A DNA stretch of 64,000 bases from Thermoanaerobaculia bacterium (GTDB lineage: Bacteria > Acidobacteriota > Thermoanaerobaculia > Multivoradales > Multivoraceae): the NCBI GenBank assembly GCA_963664405.1, contig OY761158.1:5632001-5696000 (forward strand), given 5' to 3'. Below the pieces are notes generated by a model. It worked only from the letters and a program-made list of their open reading frames with translations, made no database searches and had not been told where the DNA came from. Shown here piece by piece: positions 34,719 through 43,846 of this stretch (within the stretch, counting starts at the first letter, position 1; each line of letters starts with the position of its first letter). The position numbers were made by a program, and so were the translations under genes.

Positions 34719-35796
34719 CCGCGTTCTTCTCGTCTTGTTGAGCTGCACCTCGGTTCTCGAGGCGGAGCCGCCTCGGGATCTTCAGCAGCCGACACGGGCG
34801 TACTATGCCTATGTCTGTTCCGAGTCCGACGACGTGGTCACCTTGGTGCGCTATGGGCCGCAGGGACTGGAGAGGGTGAAGGAGATCTCGGTCGGCTCTT
34901 TCCCGGCAGAGATCGAAGGCCCCCACGGAATCGCTGTGGCGCCGGGTGGCGGCGAGTGGTACGTATCGATTGCCCACGGCTTTCCCTTCGGGAGCGTTCA
35001 CAAATACCAAACGGGCTCCGACGAATGGCTGGGTGATGTGGTGGTAGGAATGTTTCCGGCCACCATGGCGATCGCTCCAAGCACCGGACTGCTCTATGTG
35101 GTGAACTTCGATTTGCATGGCGATCCACGACCGTCTAGCGTGTCGGTGGTCGAGACCAGTAGCATGACCGAAGTGGCCCAGGTGGAGACCGGCATCATGC
35201 CCCATGGCTCGCGGCTGACGCGACTCGGCGACCGGCACTATTCGGTGAGCATGATGGATGATGAGTTGGTAGAGCTCGACGCCCTCCGCTTCGAAGTGCG
35301 TCGGCGGCTTGCTCTCGGGCCCGGAGATCATTGCGACACGGGCGGTCGACCGGTCAAGCCCACCTGGGTAACCAGCCCCACGGAGGAGGGGTTGGCGTAC
35401 GTAGCCGGCAACGGCAGCGATGTCATTCTGGAGGTAGACCTGGAGGAGTGGCGAGTGACGCGGAGGCTGAGCGGCGCCGGGCGGGGCCCCTACAACCTGG
35501 CGATCGCGCCCGACTCCGACCTTCTGGTCGTCACCTACAAGGGCGGGAACACCGTCGGATTCTGGCGTCTCTCGAGCGGCGAAGAGATGGCCGAGTTGGA
35601 GAGCACCCGGCGCCTTCCTCACGGAGTGGCCGTAACTTCCGATGGCCGGTTCAGCTTCGTTACGGTGGAAGGGGTCGGGAGCGAGCCCGGTTCGGTCGAG
35701 GTATATGACAACGGCAGCTTCGCGCGTGTGGGGGTCTTGGATGTCGGGAAGCAGGCCGGCGGCATTGCTCTGTGGGAGGGGCCCTCTTCGCCATGA
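34705..35796 (+). CDS. YncE-family beta-propeller protein
   Basis: Signal peptide; repeated blades with GPHGI, MPHGS, LPHGV; LYVVNF.LHGD. Confidence 0.8.
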   Translation: MNRVSRVLLVLLSCTSVLEAEPPRDLQQPTRAYYAYVCSESDDVVTLVRYGPQGLERVKEISVGSFPAEIEGPHGIAVAPGGGEWYVSIAHGFPFGSVHKYQTGSDEWLGDVVVGMFPATMAIAPSTGLLYVVNFDLHGDPRPSSVSVVETSSMTEVAQVETGIMPHGSRLTRLGDRHYSVSMMDDELVELDALRFEVRRRLALGPGDHCDTGGRPVKPTWVTSPTEEGLAYVAGNGSDVILEVDLEEWRVTRRLSGAGRGPYNLAIAPDSDLLVVTYKGGNTVGFWRLSSGEEMAELESTRRLPHGVAVTSDGRFSFVTVEGVGSEPGSVEVYDNGSFARVGVLDVGKQAGGIALWEGPSSP

Positions 35797-37640
35797 GTCT
35801 CTTCCGCTCGTTATGGCGTCACCTTGTTCCCTACCTGGGGTGGGCGATTCTCGCCGTCGTCTCCATGCTTGTCTACGCCGTCACCACGATCTTGATGATC
35901 TCGCTCATCGAGCCGATCTTCTCTGAAGTTCTTCCCTTCGGCGCAGAGGTCGCCGGCGAGCTGACTCTGCCTGGGTTGAGCGCAGACGGCGCTGAGTCGA
36001 GCCCGTTCAATCTCCATTCGCAGCTCGATGCCATGTACGAGGGCGTCAAAGGTTTCTTCGGAGTCACTCCTTCGACGGTGGCGTACTTCGTGCCGGTGCT
36101 CTTCTTCTTTGTGTATTTGCTCCGCATGACCGCTTCCTTTTTCAGTGGCTACTCCTTTCAGCATGCAGGGCTGGGTGTTACCACCGATATCCGCAACGAT
36201 CTGTGCGACTTCGTGCTCCATCAGTCGAGTCGTTTTCATGCCGAGCACAGCTCCGGCGAGCTCTTCAGTCGAGTCGTCAGCGATGTCGACAAGATGCAGA
36301 ACGCTGTCTCCAGTCGTCTTCTCGATCTCTTCCAGCAGTCGATCACTCTCGTCTTTCTGGTTCTCCTGCTGCTGTCAACGCACCTCCGACTCGCTGTTGT
36401 CTGTCTGATTGCGGCACCTCTGATCATCTACCCCATCGTCCGCTTCGGCCGCGGCATGCGCCAGACCAGCCATCGTACCCAGGAGCGCATGGCAGATCTC
36501 TCGAGCCTGCTCACCGAGATGGTTCGCGGCCACCGCATCGTGAAGGCTTTCGGTATGGAGGGGTTCGAGCTCGCTCGTTTCAAGCATGCAACCGAGCGCC
36601 ATCGCAAAGTCAGTCTTCGTGCTCAGATCCTCTCCAACTTCTCGAGCCCCGTCGTCGAGACGATGGCGGCGCTGGGTGGTTGCGGCCTGTTGGTCTACTC
36701 GTCTCAGCTGATCCGCGCCGGCGAGCTCACCACACCGCTACTGATCCAGTTTCTGACCAATCTGTTGATGCTCTACGACCCCATCCGCCGCCTCAATAAG
36801 GTGAATCTCCTACTTCAGGGAGCGCTGGCTGCCGCCCAGCGGGTGTTCCAGCTGTTGTCGATTCCCAACGACATCGTCGATCAGCCTGGGGCGACGTCGC
36901 TCGATCAGGTCTCTCGAGGGATCCGTTTCGACAACGTCTCCTTCGGCTACCGGAAGGGAGGCTACGTGCTCCGCGACTTCAGACTGGAGATCCCCTGCGG
37001 CAAGACCGTCGCGCTCGTGGGCCCCTCAGGTGCCGGGAAGTCGACGGTGGTCAATTTGTTGCCACGCTTTTTTGATCCTGACGAGGGGAGCCTTTCGATC
37101 GACGGAATCGACATTCGCGAGCTGTCGCTGCGCAATCTTCGCTCCCTTATCGGCCTGGTTTCCCAAGAGACCATCCTCTTCAACGAAAGCGTGCGAAACA
37201 ACATCGCCTATGGGCACGGTGAGATGCCGATCGAAAAGGTCCGCGAAGCGGCAGCTGCGTCGTACGCGGACGCGTTCATCATGGACATGCCTGGCGGTTA
37301 CGAGGGATTCGTCGGTGAGGGCGGAAGTCAGCTCTCTGGGGGGCAGCGGCAGCGGATATCGATTGCGAGGGCCCTGCTCAAGAATGCCCCGATTCTGATC
37401 CTCGACGAGGCGACATCGCAGCTCGACACCCATTCGGAAGTCTCGGTCCAGAAGGCGCTCGAGAACCTGTTGCAGGGCAGAACGACTCTGGTGATCGCGC
37501 ATCGCCTGTCGACGGTGATGTCGGCCGATCTCATCGTCGTGATGGACGGGGGGCGCATCGTCGAGCAGGGGACTCATGCCGAGCTCCTGGATCTCGACGG
37601 TGCCTACAAGCGTCTCTACGACCTTCAGTTCAGAGTCTGA
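35793..37640 (+). CDS. msbA: MsbA-like lipid ABC exporter (TMD+NBD)
   Basis: Six TM helices, ALVGPSGAGKST, LSGGQRQR, LILDEATS, IAHRLST; ATGA overlap. Confidence 0.8.
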   Translation: MSLFRSLWRHLVPYLGWAILAVVSMLVYAVTTILMISLIEPIFSEVLPFGAEVAGELTLPGLSADGAESSPFNLHSQLDAMYEGVKGFFGVTPSTVAYFVPVLFFFVYLLRMTASFFSGYSFQHAGLGVTTDIRNDLCDFVLHQSSRFHAEHSSGELFSRVVSDVDKMQNAVSSRLLDLFQQSITLVFLVLLLLSTHLRLAVVCLIAAPLIIYPIVRFGRGMRQTSHRTQERMADLSSLLTEMVRGHRIVKAFGMEGFELARFKHATERHRKVSLRAQILSNFSSPVVETMAALGGCGLLVYSSQLIRAGELTTPLLIQFLTNLLMLYDPIRRLNKVNLLLQGALAAAQRVFQLLSIPNDIVDQPGATSLDQVSRGIRFDNVSFGYRKGGYVLRDFRLEIPCGKTVALVGPSGAGKSTVVNLLPRFFDPDEGSLSIDGIDIRELSLRNLRSLIGLVSQETILFNESVRNNIAYGHGEMPIEKVREAAAASYADAFIMDMPGGYEGFVGEGGSQLSGGQRQRISIARALLKNAPILILDEATSQLDTHSEVSVQKALENLLQGRTTLVIAHRLSTVMSADLIVVMDGGRIVEQGTHAELLDLDGAYKRLYDLQFRV

Positions 37641-37678
37641 TCCGCGGTAGAGGTCCGGTTGGTTGGAGATTCGACGTC

Positions 37679-39373
37679 TTGCCTGAGATCGAAGCCGAGC
37701 CGGCCCACCTCATCGGCGCTATAGAGCGGGCCTCGACTCTCTTCCCGGAGCGGGGCATCAGCCTGATGGATCGGCGGGGCCGACTGGCGGAGAAGCGATC
37801 GTATCCGCAAGTCCTCGAGAGCGCACAGGCCGCGGCCCGGCGGCTCCTGCGCCGCGGCGTCGAGGCCGGTGACCGAGTGATGATCTGCCTGCCGACTTCC
37901 TGGAGCTGGATCGAGTCCTGGCTGGGGACCGTGCTGGCGGGAGGGGTTCCGGTCGCCGTGTCGCCGCCGGAAGGACTTGGCTCACCCTCTGGGGTCCTCG
38001 GGCGCGTTGATGGCGTTGCTGAGCGCATCGAGGCAAGCCTGTTGGTGTGTAGCGACCGGCTGCTTGCGCCGATCCATGAGCACCGGCTCGAGACCCTGTC
38101 AACGATTGCCACTCCGATCGGCGAGTTGGAAGAGCTCCTGCCCGGGGCCTCGCTGCCTCGTCTCGATCCAGCCCCGGAAGAGGTTGCCTTTCTCCAACTG
38201 ACGAGTGGCTCGACCGGTGTGCCGCGAGCGGTGATGATTCCCCACCGGGCCGCGGTGCACAACACGATCGCCTGCGGAGAGGCGATTGGTCGTCCCTTGG
38301 GCCGCCCGGTGTGGGAGTGGGAGCCCTCCTCGCTGGTGTCATGGCTGCCGCTCTACCACGACATGGGATTGGTCGGCGGTATTCTGTTCTCGATGATGAA
38401 CGGTCTCGACCTCGTACTGGTGAGCCCTCGCACCTTCCTCGGCAAGCCCCGAACTTGGTTGGAGATGCTGTCTCGGGTGGGCCCCGCGATCTCACCGGCG
38501 CCGAATTTCGGCTATCAGTTGTGTCTCGAGCGGATCGCCGAGGAGGAGCGCGCAGGGCTGGATCTCTCTCAGTGGCAGGTGGCGTTGCTCGGGGCCGAAA
38601 TGGTACGCCCCGAGACGGTGCGCGACTTCAGTGCCGCCTTCGAGAGCTCCGGCTTCTCGCCGCTCTCGGCCCGCCCCTGTTACGGATTGGCCGAGGGTAC
38701 GCTTTCGGTGACTTTCGACAGCGCCGGGACGGGACTGCGCTGCGCCAGCCTCCCTGCGGGGGCCGAGGAAGGCCCTCGAGAGGTTCCGTCGGTCGGCGAG
38801 CCGCTCATGGACACCCGAGTCGAGGTGGTTGCCGCCGATGGGTCCCGGCTGCCCGAGGGGCAAATCGGTGAGGTGATCGTCCGCGGCCCCGGGGTCTTTC
38901 TCGGCTACTTTCGGGATGAGGAGGCGACTGCCCAGGCGTTTCGAGACGGCTGGCTCCACACCGGGGATCTGGGTTTCCTGCGTGGCGGCGAGCTCTATCT
39001 CACCGGCCGCAGTAAAGAGATCCTCATTGTTCGCGGACAGAACATCATGCCGCACGAGCTCGAGTGGATCGCCGAGGAGGTGGCTGAGGCGGGAGGATCG
39101 TGTCGGGTTGGCTGTTTCTCGATCCCTGCGGGCGCGGCCGGGGAACTGCCGGTGATCGTGGTCGAAGTGGCGCGCGGCGCGGGCTCGTCGTTGGCGCACC
39201 TCGATCGCGAGATTCGCAGCCGGGTCGGCCGCCGGCTGTCGCTCCCTCTCGCTGACCTGGTCTTCGTTCAGCGCGGTAAGATCCCCAAGACGACGAGTGG
39301 CAAGGTCCAACGCCGCGAGCTGCGCGCGCGTTACTTGGCCAGACAACTGGAGCGACTACATGGCGATGAGTGA
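37679..39373 (+). CDS. Fatty acyl-AMP ligase (FAAL)
   Basis: AFLQLTSGSTG.P, SWLPLYHDMGL.G, APNFGY, PCYGLAE.TL, IPKTTSGK.QR. Confidence 0.9.
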   Translation: MPEIEAEPAHLIGAIERASTLFPERGISLMDRRGRLAEKRSYPQVLESAQAAARRLLRRGVEAGDRVMICLPTSWSWIESWLGTVLAGGVPVAVSPPEGLGSPSGVLGRVDGVAERIEASLLVCSDRLLAPIHEHRLETLSTIATPIGELEELLPGASLPRLDPAPEEVAFLQLTSGSTGVPRAVMIPHRAAVHNTIACGEAIGRPLGRPVWEWEPSSLVSWLPLYHDMGLVGGILFSMMNGLDLVLVSPRTFLGKPRTWLEMLSRVGPAISPAPNFGYQLCLERIAEEERAGLDLSQWQVALLGAEMVRPETVRDFSAAFESSGFSPLSARPCYGLAEGTLSVTFDSAGTGLRCASLPAGAEEGPREVPSVGEPLMDTRVEVVAADGSRLPEGQIGEVIVRGPGVFLGYFRDEEATAQAFRDGWLHTGDLGFLRGGELYLTGRSKEILIVRGQNIMPHELEWIAEEVAEAGGSCRVGCFSIPAGAAGELPVIVVEVARGAGSSLAHLDREIRSRVGRRLSLPLADLVFVQRGKIPKTTSGKVQRRELRARYLARQLERLHGDE

Positions 39374-39599
39374 GAAGACCGACAAAGCCCTTCAGGTGCT
39401 GGCGAGAGTAAGCGACAAGGACGGAGCGGGCTTGACTCCCGAGATGGAGCTCGTTGCCGACCTCGCCATCGACTCTCCCAAGGCGTTGGAGCTTCTGGTC
39501 GAGCTCGAGGAGGTCCTCGAAGTCGAGATCAGCGACGAGGATGCGGCGCGGATGGAGACGGTCGCGGACGTCCTCGCTTATGCCGGCCGCCTCGGTTAG
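39360..39599 (+). CDS. Acyl carrier protein (stand-alone, FAAL-associated)
   Basis: DLAIDSPKALELLVELEEVLEVEISDE with the phosphopantetheine Ser; overlaps the FAAL stop. Confidence 0.88.
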   Translation: MAMSEKTDKALQVLARVSDKDGAGLTPEMELVADLAIDSPKALELLVELEEVLEVEISDEDAARMETVADVLAYAGRLG

Positions 39600-39763
39600 T
39601 GGACCGTAACACCCAAACGTTTAGCGCCTGAGCGGCCCTCGCGGCCGATCTCTGCGTTACGCTTCCTCGACATAGTCCCCGCTATGCCTGCGTCAGCGCG
39701 CCTTGATCTCGACCACGAATGACTCACTCAGCCACTAAACGTTCGAGTGTTACGGTCCACTAA
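39596..39763. repeat. 168-bp MITE-like element, family B copy 2
   Basis: TIR TTAGTGGACCGTAACAC.C.AACGTTTAG (29 bp, 2 mismatches); core CCTCGACATAGTCCCCGCTATGCCTGCGTCAGCGCGCCT. Confidence 0.8.
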
Positions 39764-40439
39764 GTTGGGGAGCCGGCTCAAAGCGAGCCTGCTGGGGCCC
39801 GGCGCCTTCTTGCTCCGTGGCATCTTTCGCTTCCTCGGTGCGAGCTACCGCTACGAGGTGTTGCACCAAGAACGGATCGATCTCCTGCTGGCGAATCCGC
39901 GTCCTGTTGTTATGTCCCTCTGGCATGACCAGAGTTTCGCGGCTGGGTGGTTCGTCTATGACCGGCTCCACCGTGGCGGGGTCGAGATCAGTCTGGTGGC
40001 CAGCCACTCTCGCGATGGGGAGCTGGTTACGCGCTTCGCTCGACCCCTGAAGTTGCGAGTGGTCCGCGGCTCTTCCTCGCGGGGGGGCCGCGAGGCCCTG
40101 ATGGAGATGTACCGTTCGATCTCGAAGCACGGCGCCTCGCCGGTGGTCATCCCGGACGGGCCGCGGGGCCCACAGCACGTCTGCAAAGCCGGCGCCGTAC
40201 TGCTTTCTCAATTGGCCCAGGTTCCGGTCCTTCCTCTCGCCTTCGTAGCGGAGCGCGCCTGGCACATTCGTTCATGGGATCGAATGGCAGTTCCTCGCTT
40301 CCGCAGTCGAGTGGCAGTAGCCGTTGGCGAGCCTTGGCAGGTGCCTCGACAGTTGGCGCAGGGCGAGATCGAGGTGCATCAGCGGCAAATGGAGAGTGTG
40401 TTGCAAGCTCTCGCGACAGAAGCGCGGGGCTCTCTCTAG
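39747..40439 (+). CDS. DUF374 lysophospholipid/lipid A acyltransferase family protein (LpxJ-like)
   Basis: WH, S.SRDGE, VRGSSSRGG, PDGPRGP, SWDR..P. The start is uncertain because it lies inside the MITE. Confidence 0.88.
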   Translation: MLRSTKLGSRLKASLLGPGAFLLRGIFRFLGASYRYEVLHQERIDLLLANPRPVVMSLWHDQSFAAGWFVYDRLHRGGVEISLVASHSRDGELVTRFARPLKLRVVRGSSSRGGREALMEMYRSISKHGASPVVIPDGPRGPQHVCKAGAVLLSQLAQVPVLPLAFVAERAWHIRSWDRMAVPRFRSRVAVAVGEPWQVPRQLAQGEIEVHQRQMESVLQALATEARGSL

Positions 40440-40545
40440 AACCGTATCTCCGCATGCGTAGAATGGGGGCTCGTTGGCCGCGTGGAATAATCTAGGGCCG
40501 GACGGAATTAGCTTTGTCGCACCCATGAAGATTGGAGCTCGAGGC

Positions 40546-42273
40546 ATGTCCCGACAAGAGATTCAAAAAGTAGGCCCTGCGTTTCTCGCCTGGCTCCTCC
40601 TCTTGGTGGCATCCGGCGGGGCCCAGCAAGCTCCTCAGGTAGCGCCGGAAGACGCCATCCCGCTCGTTTTCGGCGAAGTGCTCGACGTCCGTGTGGTGAA
40701 CGTTGAGGTCGTCGTTACCGACAAACAGGGAGTGCGCGTGCGCAACCTCAGGCCGGAGGATTTTCGTCTGAGGGTCGATGGAGAGATCGTACCCGTCGAC
40801 TACTTCAGCGAGGTTCTCGGCGGTACGGTTGTCGCGGAGGGTGGCGATGCTGCGGTACAGGGCGTGCCGGCTCTGCAGCCGGGCAGGCCCGTTGGCACCA
40901 GCTTTCTGGTCTTCATCGACGAAGTTTTCAGCATCGCCCGAGACCGCAATCGAGTCCTCAAGAACCTCGAGGAACAGGTGGCCCGCCTGACTCTCGAAGA
41001 TCGGATGGCGATCGTTGCCTACGACGGCAAAGAGCTCGAGATGCTGACCAGCTGGACCAACTCGGAGCGGGTGCTCACCAATGCTCTGCGCGAAGCTCGA
41101 GATCGCAAGACGACAGGCCTCCAGCGCATGGGCGAGCTGCGCCGCAACGACGAGGATCGACGGGTGCGTCGAGACATGCAGAGGTCAGTGACTAGCGCCG
41201 TCCAAGAAGGGGTCGAGGGTCCGGCCGGTAACGAAATTGTGAAGCTGCGCCTCGATCCGGTCGAGGTCCCGTACGCAACACGCCTCGCCTCTCAGCTCGA
41301 GCGCTCGGTCGATGCCGCGGTGGCGACTCTGCGCGGCTTCGCCGGACCTCAGGGCCGGAAGGTCATGCTGCTCATGGCGGGTGGCTGGCCCTACTCGCCC
41401 GCGCAGTACACCGTCAACGACTTCGAAGCTTCCTTCATCGAGTCGGCGTCGGGCTCCTGGGATTCGCGGGTCAAGGGAGCCCAGGATCTTTTCGGCCCTT
41501 TGAGCGATACCGCGAATCTTCTCGGCTTTACCTTGTACCCGGTCGACATGCCCGGCATCCAGCGCGAGTCGCGCGATGCCTCCTACGGTGCCCCCCCCGC
41601 GGGTGCCGGCTCCGGCTTCTACCCGCGCGAGGACCAGATCCATGCCAGCCTCCTCTTCCTGGCGGATGAGACCGGTGGCGAGGCCATGATCAACAGCCAG
41701 CGGGACCACGCCTTCGATCGGGTGGTCGACGACACTCGTTCCTACTACTGGCTCGGCTTTACGCCCGAGCGCAGCGCGAACGACGCCAGCCACGACATCA
41801 AGGTCGAGGTCCTACGCCCGGGCCTTCGGGTCCGCTCGCGGGGCAGCTATCTCGACTTCTCCCGCGAGAGCGAGATCACGATGATGGTCGAGAGCTCTCT
41901 GCTCTTTGGCAGCCCGCCCAGTACGACCCCTCTGGAGCTTCACTTCGGTAAGCCGGAGAAGTCTGGAATGGGCAAGATCACATTGCCGCTCGAGGTCGGT
42001 ATTCCGCTGGATGAGGTGACCCTGCTGCCGGTCGGCAATCGCTTCGCTTCCCAGCTCGAGGTGCGAGTCACGGTGATGGATGCGGCCGGCAACCGATCGG
42101 ATACGCCGGTTGCCAAGGTCGACATCGTTGGCGACAGACTCCCGCAACCGGGGCAGCACTTCACCTGGGTCACCGGCCTGGAGCTGCGGCGGCGGAAGCA
42201 CCGAGTGGTGGTCGCGGTATGGGACCCGGTGAGTGGGAATATCATGTCGAGCTCGATCGAAGTCCAGCCGTAG
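40546..42273 (+). CDS. Acidobacterial-type VWFA domain protein
   Basis: Signal peptide, F.E.LDVRVVNVEVVVTDK.G..V..L...DF, G.K..LL...G, LADETGG, YY.LGF, H.I.V.V.RPG..VR.R..Y. Confidence 0.85.
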   Translation: MSRQEIQKVGPAFLAWLLLLVASGGAQQAPQVAPEDAIPLVFGEVLDVRVVNVEVVVTDKQGVRVRNLRPEDFRLRVDGEIVPVDYFSEVLGGTVVAEGGDAAVQGVPALQPGRPVGTSFLVFIDEVFSIARDRNRVLKNLEEQVARLTLEDRMAIVAYDGKELEMLTSWTNSERVLTNALREARDRKTTGLQRMGELRRNDEDRRVRRDMQRSVTSAVQEGVEGPAGNEIVKLRLDPVEVPYATRLASQLERSVDAAVATLRGFAGPQGRKVMLLMAGGWPYSPAQYTVNDFEASFIESASGSWDSRVKGAQDLFGPLSDTANLLGFTLYPVDMPGIQRESRDASYGAPPAGAGSGFYPREDQIHASLLFLADETGGEAMINSQRDHAFDRVVDDTRSYYWLGFTPERSANDASHDIKVEVLRPGLRVRSRGSYLDFSRESEITMMVESSLLFGSPPSTTPLELHFGKPEKSGMGKITLPLEVGIPLDEVTLLPVGNRFASQLEVRVTVMDAAGNRSDTPVAKVDIVGDRLPQPGQHFTWVTGLELRRRKHRVVVAVWDPVSGNIMSSSIEVQP

Positions 42274-42280
42274 CGGTAGT

Positions 42281-42414
42281 CTCCGGAAGTGATGGCTATC
42301 ACTTCCTCCGACTACATAACATGGCGCCGAGGACGGCGCATCCGGAACCTCCGGAAGTGATGGCTATCACTTCCTCCGACTACATAACATGGCGCCGAGG
42401 ACGGCGCATCCGGA
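42281..42414. repeat. Tandem doublet of a 68-bp unit, same family as the fabG-acpP array but opposite orientation
   Basis: CTCCGGAAGTGATGGCTATCACTTCCTCCGACTACATAACATGGCGCCGAGGACGGCGCATCCGGA starts at 42281 and again at 42349. Confidence 0.92.
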
Positions 42415-42676
42415 GCCTGCGGTTCGTGATGCCGGCCTCGCTCTAGAGTTGGCGGAGGCCAACTCTGTGGCCCACCCTTCCTTCGATCACTCCGACACCC
42501 TAGCCCTGGCCTTGGCTGCAACGGGCGACTTCAGTGCTGCGCAAGCTCACCAGGAAAAGCTTCTCGAGTTGGCGAAGGTGGGGCAGGCACCGGCCGCGGT
42601 CGTAGCTCGGCTCCAGAAGCACCTCGATCAATATCTGCGCCACGAGCCCGTTCGCAGCGGATCGAAGGTGCCTTGA
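42415..42676 (+). pseudogene. 5'-truncated TPR-protein C-terminal remnant
   Basis: PAVRDAGLALELAE...DTLALALAATGDF.AA...RL..Y....P.R resembles the end of TPR proteins; the only ATG comes from the repeat. Confidence 0.6.
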
Positions 42677-42714
42677 GGCTATTTGCACTCGCCCTTCGCA
42701 GCCCACCGTCTCAC

Positions 42715-43830
42715 TTAGCGACGCGTCATCGCTTGGCGGTAAACGTCGAGCGTCTGCTCGGCGGTCTGCTTCCAATCGAATTCGGCCGACCGCTCCAGCC
42801 CGAGTTTCACCAGACTCTCGCGATGAGACGACGACTGGAGGCAGCGGGCGATCGCCTGAGCTATCTCCTCGATGTCGAGGGGGTCGACGGTCTCTGCGTA
42901 GCCTTCGGCAATTTCGCCCAGGGCGGAGGTGGAGGAGGTGACGACCGGGACTCCTGCGGCCATCGCCTCCAGCACGGACAGCGCCGAGCCTTCGTAGAGA
43001 GACGGAAAAACGAAGAGCGTGGCTCCTTGGTAGAGCGCGACCAGGGTCTCCTGCGGTACGTGGCCCAAGAAGACCACGCGGTCGGTTAGTTCCAGCTCTT
43101 CGATCAGGGGCCGCAAGCGGCCTGCAGATTCTTCTCGGTCACCGACGCAGGCAAGTAACGCCTCACAGCGGGTGATCTCCAGCGCTCGCCGCCAGGCGCG
43201 GACGACGTTGTCGAGATTCTTGTGAGGCTTTGGATTGCCGACGAAGAGGAGGTAGGGCCGGCGCAGGCCAAGGCTCTCCAGCCTAGTTGCGATCTCTGTC
43301 TCTTCGAGGCGCTTGGTGAAAGCCTCCTCCACGCCGTTTTGAACGACGCGGATGTTCTCCCCTTCGACGGCGAAGAAGCTCTTGAGGTCCTGCTTGGTGT
43401 TGTTGGAGACCGCGATCGTGCGGCGTGCCAGCCGCAGGCTGCGCCGGATCATGAGCCGAGCGTAGAGCCGAGCGAGACGGTTGGGAAGAAACTGGGGGTA
43501 GAGAAGATGGATGATGTCGTGGAGGGTGACGACAGTGGGGCAGGGAAGGCGCACCGGAAGTACGTAGTGGGTGGCATGGAAGAGGTCGGGTCGCAGCCGT
43601 CGAAGCTGGGACGAGACCGCCATTAGCTCGCGCAGAGAGTAACCAGGCGCGTTCTCGACCACGGGATGGAAGCGGTCCCCCAGAGGCTCGATCTGCGCAA
43701 CCGCCTTGTCGCTGACCAGTATGAAGTATTCAAACTCGCTGTCGATCTGAGCGAGGCCGGCGAGCAGATTTCGAATATAGGTGCCGATGCCGAAGTCATC
43801 GAGCTTGCGGGCGTCGATGCAGATGCGCAT
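42715..43830 (-). CDS. Glycosyltransferase family 4
   Basis: MRICIDAR, GIGTY, TLHD, KPHKN, SLYEG...LEAM. Confidence 0.92.
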   Translation of the reverse strand: MRICIDARKLDDFGIGTYIRNLLAGLAQIDSEFEYFILVSDKAVAQIEPLGDRFHPVVENAPGYSLRELMAVSSQLRRLRPDLFHATHYVLPVRLPCPTVVTLHDIIHLLYPQFLPNRLARLYARLMIRRSLRLARRTIAVSNNTKQDLKSFFAVEGENIRVVQNGVEEAFTKRLEETEIATRLESLGLRRPYLLFVGNPKPHKNLDNVVRAWRRALEITRCEALLACVGDREESAGRLRPLIEELELTDRVVFLGHVPQETLVALYQGATLFVFPSLYEGSALSVLEAMAAGVPVVTSSTSALGEIAEGYAETVDPLDIEEIAQAIARCLQSSSHRESLVKLGLERSAEFDWKQTAEQTLDVYRQAMTRR

Positions 43831-43846
43831 GTTCCGCATTCCCGGT

